Below the pieces are notes generated by a model. It saw only the letters and a program-made list of their open reading frames with translations, had not been told where the DNA came from and did not search any database. Shown here in pieces: positions 58,433 through 64,000 of a stretch of DNA of 64,000 bases (positions are counted from its first letter, which is position 1; every line of letters begins with the position of its first letter). The position numbers were made by a program, and so were the translations under genes. The DNA comes from Macrostomum hystrix (lineage: Eukaryota; Animalia; Platyhelminthes): the NCBI GenBank assembly GCA_950097015.1, contig CATNEN010000024.1, forward strand, positions 930,001 to 994,000. The letters run 5' to 3'.

Positions 58433-59068
58433 GAAAGAGATCTCCGTTCTGGAAGAGATTTCCGTTATGGAAGCGTGCTCCGTTCTGGAAGCGTGCTCCG
58501 TTCTGGAAGCGTGCTCCGTTCTGGAAGCGTGCTCCGTTCTGGAAGCGTGCTCCGTTCTGGAAGCGTGCTCCGTTCTGGAAGCGTGCTCCGTTCTGGAAGC
58601 GTGCTCCGTTCTGGAAGCGTGCTCCGTTCTGGAAGCGAGCTCCGTTCTGGAAGCGTGCTCCGTTCTGGAAGCGTGCTCCGTTCTGGAAGCGTGCTCCGTT
58701 CTGGAAGCGTGCTCCGTTCTGGAAGCGTGCTCGGTTCTGGAAGCGTGCTCCGTTCTAGAAGCGAGCTCCGTTCTGGAAGAGATCTCCGTTCTGGAAGCGT
58801 GCTCCGTTTTGGAAGCGTGCTCCGTTCTGGAAGCGTGCTCCGTTCTGGAAGCGTGCTCCGTTCTGGAAGCGTGCTCCGTTCTGGAAGCGTGCTCCGTTCT
58901 GGAAGCGTGCTCGGTTCTGGAAGCGTGCTCCGTTCTAGAAGCGAGCTCCGTTCTGGAAGAGATCTCCGTTCTGGAAGCGAGCCCTGTTCTGGAAGCGTGC
59001 TCCGTTTCGGAAGACTGCTCTGTTTTAGGGACGTTCAAATCGCAGCTGCCGGTATATGAAAGTATCAT
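57560..59068 (-). CDS. Chimeric 502-aa ORF: antisense neuropeptide repeat (TEHASR)n fused in frame to Gypsy integrase core
   Basis: True ATG at 59068, no stop to 57560. Whether it is expressed is unknown. Confidence 0.4.
   Translation of the reverse strand: MILSYTGSCDLNVPKTEQSSETEHASRTGLASRTEISSRTELASRTEHASRTEHASRTEHASRTEHASRTEHASRTEHASRTEHASKTEHASRTEISSRTELASRTEHASRTEHASRTEHASRTEHASRTEHASRTEHASRTELASRTEHASRTEHASRTEHASRTEHASRTEHASRTEHASRTEHASRTEHASRTEHASITEISSRTEISFRKACSLTAITNYVKFCLPCQDSAKSHKIIVPDGGPIRKPDRPWSKLAIDITGPFATAPQNQRFVIALIDYYSSYPEILLTGDTRSPRLIKWLTEVFNRFGNPGTLVSDNGSSFVSKEMEEFLYSRDLRHERVPLYEPRQNGKVEVFNRTLKHAAQTFETDRKSFEDGMQQTICSFRTTPNENGDSPAKLIFGRNIRANFQPRKATTQADESEKDKINCSTSRQEQHRVFKRHFRDGNLVYVSVFPMCPRANRLSPRYSELPKSLATSHTGWTMVKFGRHATYYRSENQRW
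58432..59028 (+). pseudogene. Second (A/S)PFW-KR array, ~33 units, lacking signal peptide and with stops in the peptide frame
   Basis: Same 18-nt unit GCTCCGTTCTGGAAGCGT; TGA 58432, TAG 58756, TAG 58936, TAG 59026; 180-bp block duplication (58741 line = 58921 line). Confidence 0.75.
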
Positions 59069-60322
59069 TCAACTTTCGCACGATCTTTTGATTTTTAAGT
59101 TTTTAATCAATCTTTTTGCTACTAAGACGCTAAAAAAGAATACTCTATTGAGATCTTTTAGCAAACTGCTATATAAGCTATAGAAGTTTTAATAATTCCG
59201 ATTCTGAGGATTTATATCAATTAAGAGACAGTATACTTCCGAAACACGAAAGTAATTCGTTGCCTGGAATCATGTCAAATGAAAATTGTTGCCGCGTTGA
59301 AAGGGCGCCTATTTCCCAAGGGCAAGTATCGCTACATCCTATTGTTGCATGCAATGTCTTTTAAAAGCTAATAGCGCTAATAACAAGTTTCTGCTGCCGA
59401 CTTTTTTGATACATCTGCTTGCTTGTACGGCTTTTGCTGTCGAATCGCAAACAGGCTCGAGCACGCAATCCAGGAAATCTGAGCTTTCGTCGCTTCTCTT
59501 CAACTTTCTGTCCAAGCTTTGTTTCTTTGTTCACCTAAAGATACTTCGCTATGACGCTAAGAGCAACGATTTTTTACTTGAAACTCGCACAGGATAATCC
59601 CCTTGTAATTCGCCTCAACTTCCTCCTACTAATTTACCCCTGTTGCTTCTAACCTAAGATGTCCACACTCTAAGAGTTTTTGGTTAGTGTCAATTGGTCA
59701 AGTCTTGGTCCGTACGAATGACAGATCAAGTAGAGTCTAGGATAGTTTAGTGGTGGATTTAGATTAATTATTTAAATCAATACAAAGTTTGGGCAAGTAT
59801 ACATTGGTAATTTGACATATTTATTAGGAATTGCAGTGTGATAAACGTTATTGGATAGGCAAATTTTCCTTATCATGAGCAAGTTGTGTGACGCTTTTTT
59901 GTGTATTGATTTTTCGTATAAACGTTGTCTCCCCAGGCCCAATTGGCGCAATTAATCCCGCACTTCCTTCTTACCCCCAAAGTGGCATTTTGCTCGCCTA
60001 CAATTGCCAAGTCATCTAGGAAGCTCGCAAGATCCGATTGCCCCCAATTGATGTCTGCAAGGCAGGTCTCTCAAGATAGTTGCAAAATCGCCTGAAGGTA
60101 AACTGAGAAAATTGTGAGTCTTTCCTGTCATCGAAGTCTACTAAAAATTCAAATGACGATCGATTAAACTAAAAAAGCCAAGATTTAATTTTAAAGAAAG
60201 TCATTGAATCCACATTGCAAGGACAGCATGCAGAGTTCTAAAAAATGATATGCGAAAAAGTCACTTAGAATCACTTAGAAAACTACGATTACGTAGTTTT
60301 GCTTGTTTGCGGATTTCGTTGT

Positions 60323-60690
60323 AAACGAGGTAAAACGCTGAGGCGCGTACGCCGAGGCGTTTCACCTCGTTTCAGCCCGAGCAGCCTATCAATATTGGTG
60401 TATTGTATAGTTAGCGGGCGTGAAACGCGTTTCACGGCCCGCCCGCTGTGCATATCTATGGAATTCGACCATAGACAACAGCAGAGGACGGGCTGCCGTT
60501 TGTTTCAACCTCGTTTCAACATGCGTATAGGCTAACTACAACACCAATATGCATAGGCTTCTCGGGCTGAAACGAGGTGAAACGCCTCGGCGCTTATACG
60601 CGCCTCAACGTTTTACCTCGTTTCAGCCCTCTCTGCAGCCTATCAATATTGGTATATTTTAACACGCGTAGGCTAACTACAACCAATATA
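60323..60690. mobile_element. Foldback/MITE-like nested inverted repeat
   Basis: AAACGAGGTAAAACGCTGAGGCGCGTA..CGCCGAGGCGTTTCACCTCGTTTCAGCCCGAG...TTGGTGT is inverted at ~60530-60623; a further partial direct copy runs to ~60690. Confidence 0.7.
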
Positions 60691-62341
60691 ATTGGAACCA
60701 CAAATATATTTTATATATAGCATAATTTTTCAAGTTTCGCTTCTCACTTCTCAAATGTAACTTGTCTAATTTTCAAGTTGCAGCAGTTTTTTCATGAAAC
60801 GCATTTTGACGCCAGGAATTTAATAATGGAAATAAAAAGAGCACGCACGCATGAGCATCCATTGCTCATGCGCATCTTTCGCTAGATATCCTGTTGCTAA
60901 CCAAACATCTTTGAACCAGAATATGAGTGTGAGAGAGCGGCCATGTAAGCCGGCCAGCTGGTGTCGCTTACAATAGATTCTCCAAAAATTGCAACTATAC
61001 TTTTTCGCTATCGGTTCTTTAAGGTATTACACTTAACACTTGTTCATGTAAGTTTCCTGCTTACTGATTTAATATCTGCTTGTGATGGTGCGTCTGGTTA
61101 GTAGCAAATGAGAAAAAATAGTTTGAAAAAATTTAGCATTCATTGGTTTACCCTATATTATACAGCTTGATGCCAATTCAGTACTTTTGTTGACTTGATG
61201 CGCTTCGATAAATTAGAGTGCATGGTCATTTATTTAGATTTTTGCCAGCTGGTATTAAGCCTGCCAAAAATCTCAGATCCATAATCAAGTTCAGTAGAAT
61301 ATAACATGAACAACTATAGAGAATATTATCATGTAGGATATATTAGTCTATCTAGTCAAGCTGTACATAGAATTATAACTGGTGAAACAGCTTGCATTCT
61401 AATTAAGGTTGGTTGTTTGTCCTTTCATTTTTATAATTAATTCTATCAATACACGGATTCATTAAGACAATTCAAAAATCAATTCCCTGAACAGTTTTAG
61501 CACCGTAGTTATATTTGTTACGAATTTAAGGTTAAACAAAGTCACTACGCAATTAAAGACTTGATTTAAAATAAAATAAAAAAATGGTTTTTGATGTTTT
61601 AAAAATAAATAAATAAAATAGGCCCAAAAAACATGCAAAATATTGTAATATTTTTGCTTGGCTTTGCTAGATACAATTTAACTTGCAGACTTTGCTTTTT
61701 TTAATTTAAACATCGCGCGGCTAATTCGTTGTTTGATATGTTTTAATGTTTCATATATGCCAAATCAGGTAATATAATAACAGGACTCAATATACGGTTT
61801 TTCACTTGCGGTAGCTTTTTTGTTTTTAGTTTAAACTCCATTACACGTTTGCTTTCATTCCATTTTACTACAATAATAAAAGTCGTATTAAATATATGTC
61901 AATAAATTTAATTGCAAAAGTTCAGTTTTTTAATTCTTTTTGTAACTTGCATTATAGATTTCGTAGCAATCATAGATCTAAAACACACGTTTACAATTGC
62001 TTGTACACGGTTAGGAGTGTCAAAACTATTAAAGCGGCTATACATAAGAACACCAAATGTAAAATTCATGTGAGTTACGTATTTCTTTTTGTTCTAAATG
62101 CACTAAACGCTTTTTGTAAAAAAATGAAGAGAAACGGTTAATAGTACATCAGCATAGTTTTACCTATACCTCCGAGATCACTTTATAACGTTGCAATTTC
62201 AATATTGTATTTTTTCAGGCAAAATGCTGTCTAAAAAGATTTTTTTTACTTTTCTGCCAGAATATTTGACAGAAGATAAAAAAATACTAAAATCACACAT
62301 AGCATTTTCAGCCTACATAAACTCGCCAGTTGCGTTTCAAA

Positions 62342-62569
62342 ATGAGCTACACGCAAAATTACGTCGAAAAGAAGATTCGACACAGGAAAGTTGTGCTATT
62401 CGAGAAATCCACTATGCCATCCTGCAAGCAATGCCGATCGATTCTTGAGTCCTATGGGCTGAACAAGAGTCGACCCGGCATTTTCGAAGCAGTGAACATC
62501 GAGGCTAGGTCAGACTGTTCTCATCTTGAAGACTACCTGCACACCAAGACACTGTTCGACAGAAGAGAA
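62342..62569 (+). CDS. First coding exon of a glutaredoxin-like protein (atypical MPSC site); downstream exon not identified
   Basis: MSYTQNYVEKKIRHRKVVLFEKSTMPSCKQCRSILESYGL...FEAVNIEARSDCSHLEDYLHTKTLFDRRE|GTAATC aligns by eye to class I Grx (FV..KI...KVVVF.K.TCPYC...IL...LE.VDI......IQDYL). Confidence 0.7.
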
Positions 62570-62864
62570 GTAATCACTTTTTTATTTTACCTTTCTTTTA
62601 TTCGATAGAATATAATCAGTTTGGGCGACTTTTATAACTTTATAAAAGAAAGAAAGACATTATATTTTAAGTTCCCTAAAAAGGCGGGAAACTTAGGCTC
62701 AAGTACTGATTGTAAGAGGCATAAAAACGCTCTATAGAATTCCACTAACCAAGTCGAACTAGTCTACTTAAAGTAGGCATATAAAGCCATATGAACTTTA
62801 AATCAAGCTTGCTTTTAAGTTAAAAGTGCTTGGGAAACAATCTTCCGGTTCTATAGAAACGATC

Positions 62865-62960
62865 AGGCTGTGTACAGCTGTTCAGTCCATGGACTGTAAG
62901 GACCGGCGCAACCACCCGTCACTTGGTCAGAAGAACGAAGCTCTAACCACTTGGCTGCAA
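62865..62960 (-). mobile_element. Internally deleted SINE family A remnant
   Basis: GTACAGCTGTTCAGTCCATGGACTG...GCTCTAACCACTTGGCTGCAACCTCC. Confidence 0.6.
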
Positions 62961-63939
62961 CCTCCGTACGTGTTTCGGTCGTGCATTGGACATCAGATCG
63001 TTAGCCAAAAAATCATAAAATCAAAAATTTTCATTTGTTGAGGATTAATAACAAAGGGCTTTTTCAGGAAAAACTTAAGTTCGCCTTTGACGCAAGTAGC
63101 TTAAAAGTACAGGCTATAGCGACATTGCGAGGGCACGTCGATTTTACAAGTGCGCAAGGGACTGCAGCCTGAATATGTATGCACCGAATCATTTGCACAT
63201 GGAGCCTTTCCCACGCTTTGGCACTTTCAACTGTGTTGCAATACGGCGATTGTCGTGAGTAATGTTTGTTGCAATATATACCATTCAGCGCACGATGCAA
63301 AGCAGAGAGAGAGCCAGGCATCCTGCAACAGCTGTTGGACTATTTTGTGACCCTGATCTGCTTCTGAAGCAAGGGAGGGCAACAGACTTGGTTCCATAAA
63401 GCCTCTATTTTTCCTTCTTCTTTATCTGTCGCATTTCATCCGGTTCACTTTTCAAACGATCTTCATGCAGCAAGACTGGACTTATTTAGATAGTATAGTT
63501 GTTTTTGGCATAGAAGACTTGGCAGTCCCCGCTTGCATGGCAATTTGCACGCACACGGAGGCCGCAAGATGCTGCCGAGGCGTCATAAAAATGTGAACGC
63601 GGCAGCTGCTGAATGGATTGGATATGTGTAAACAGTTTTTTGCATGCAACTTTCAGTAAGATGCATGAACATTGTACCGGCTGTGCGACTAAATTGTGGC
63701 CATTTCTTGTTCACTCCATCGCATTTTATTGCAAGCCAAGTGTATCTGTGACCACATTTTCTAGATTATATTCTGCCCTATGTTTATTGTATAAAGTTGG
63801 CAGTGCCAAAATATTTTTAGCTCGATTTTAAACTAATATAAACTTATGCGAATGAAGCATCTGCATGCAGGACTGTGGATACTTAATTAAATATTTTTTC
63901 CGATTAAATCCCCAAACACTGCCTCGCTTTAAACACTGC

Positions 63940-64000
63940 ATGTCTCCAGAAATCCCCTATAACACTGCCTCCAGAAATCCCCTATAACACTGCCTCCAGA
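63940..64000. repeat. Start of a 25-bp minisatellite (CTGCCTCCAGAAATCCCCTATAACA), truncated by the window end
   Basis: Just over two copies. Confidence 0.75.

Overview
Eukaryotic (metazoan) genomic DNA: GC-rich spliced exons, AT-rich introns packed with minisatellites and tRNA-derived SINEs. The style suggests a free-living flatworm such as Macrostomum (inference, not tested). I assembled gene models by hand from GT-AG sites and phase continuity: (1) a partial minus-strand gene for a large protein with a class I SAM-methyltransferase-like domain and a Gln-rich coding repeat; (2) intronless MRPL11; (3) six-exon ADAM10/kuzbanian; (4) a small secreted, probably cystine-knot (IL-17/trunk-like) protein with an unresolved middle exon; (5) DNAJC13/RME-8, 23 coding exons, 2289 aa; (6) a weak candidate Cys/His-rich gene; (7) a four-exon disordered protein with a FAM181/YAP-type TEAD-binding motif; (8) a neuropeptide precursor with 24 KR-flanked (A/S)PFW copies; (9) the first exon of a glutaredoxin-like gene with an atypical active site. 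The most unusual locus is 55.9-59.1 kb. Behind the intact APFW precursor lies the 3' half of a Ty3/Gypsy element (LTR, PPT, integrase) fused to a second, stop-containing APFW array. Read antisense, that array gives an ATG-initiated 502-aa ORF: (TEHASR)n joined in frame to a D,D35E integrase, with H-x5-H-x29-C-x2-C spacing recreated across the junction. There are also about 19 unrelated minisatellite arrays, two SINE families and three foldback/MITE-like inverted repeats. No CRISPR array, rRNA or convincing tRNA gene was found. All homology calls come from recalled motifs; no database search was run.
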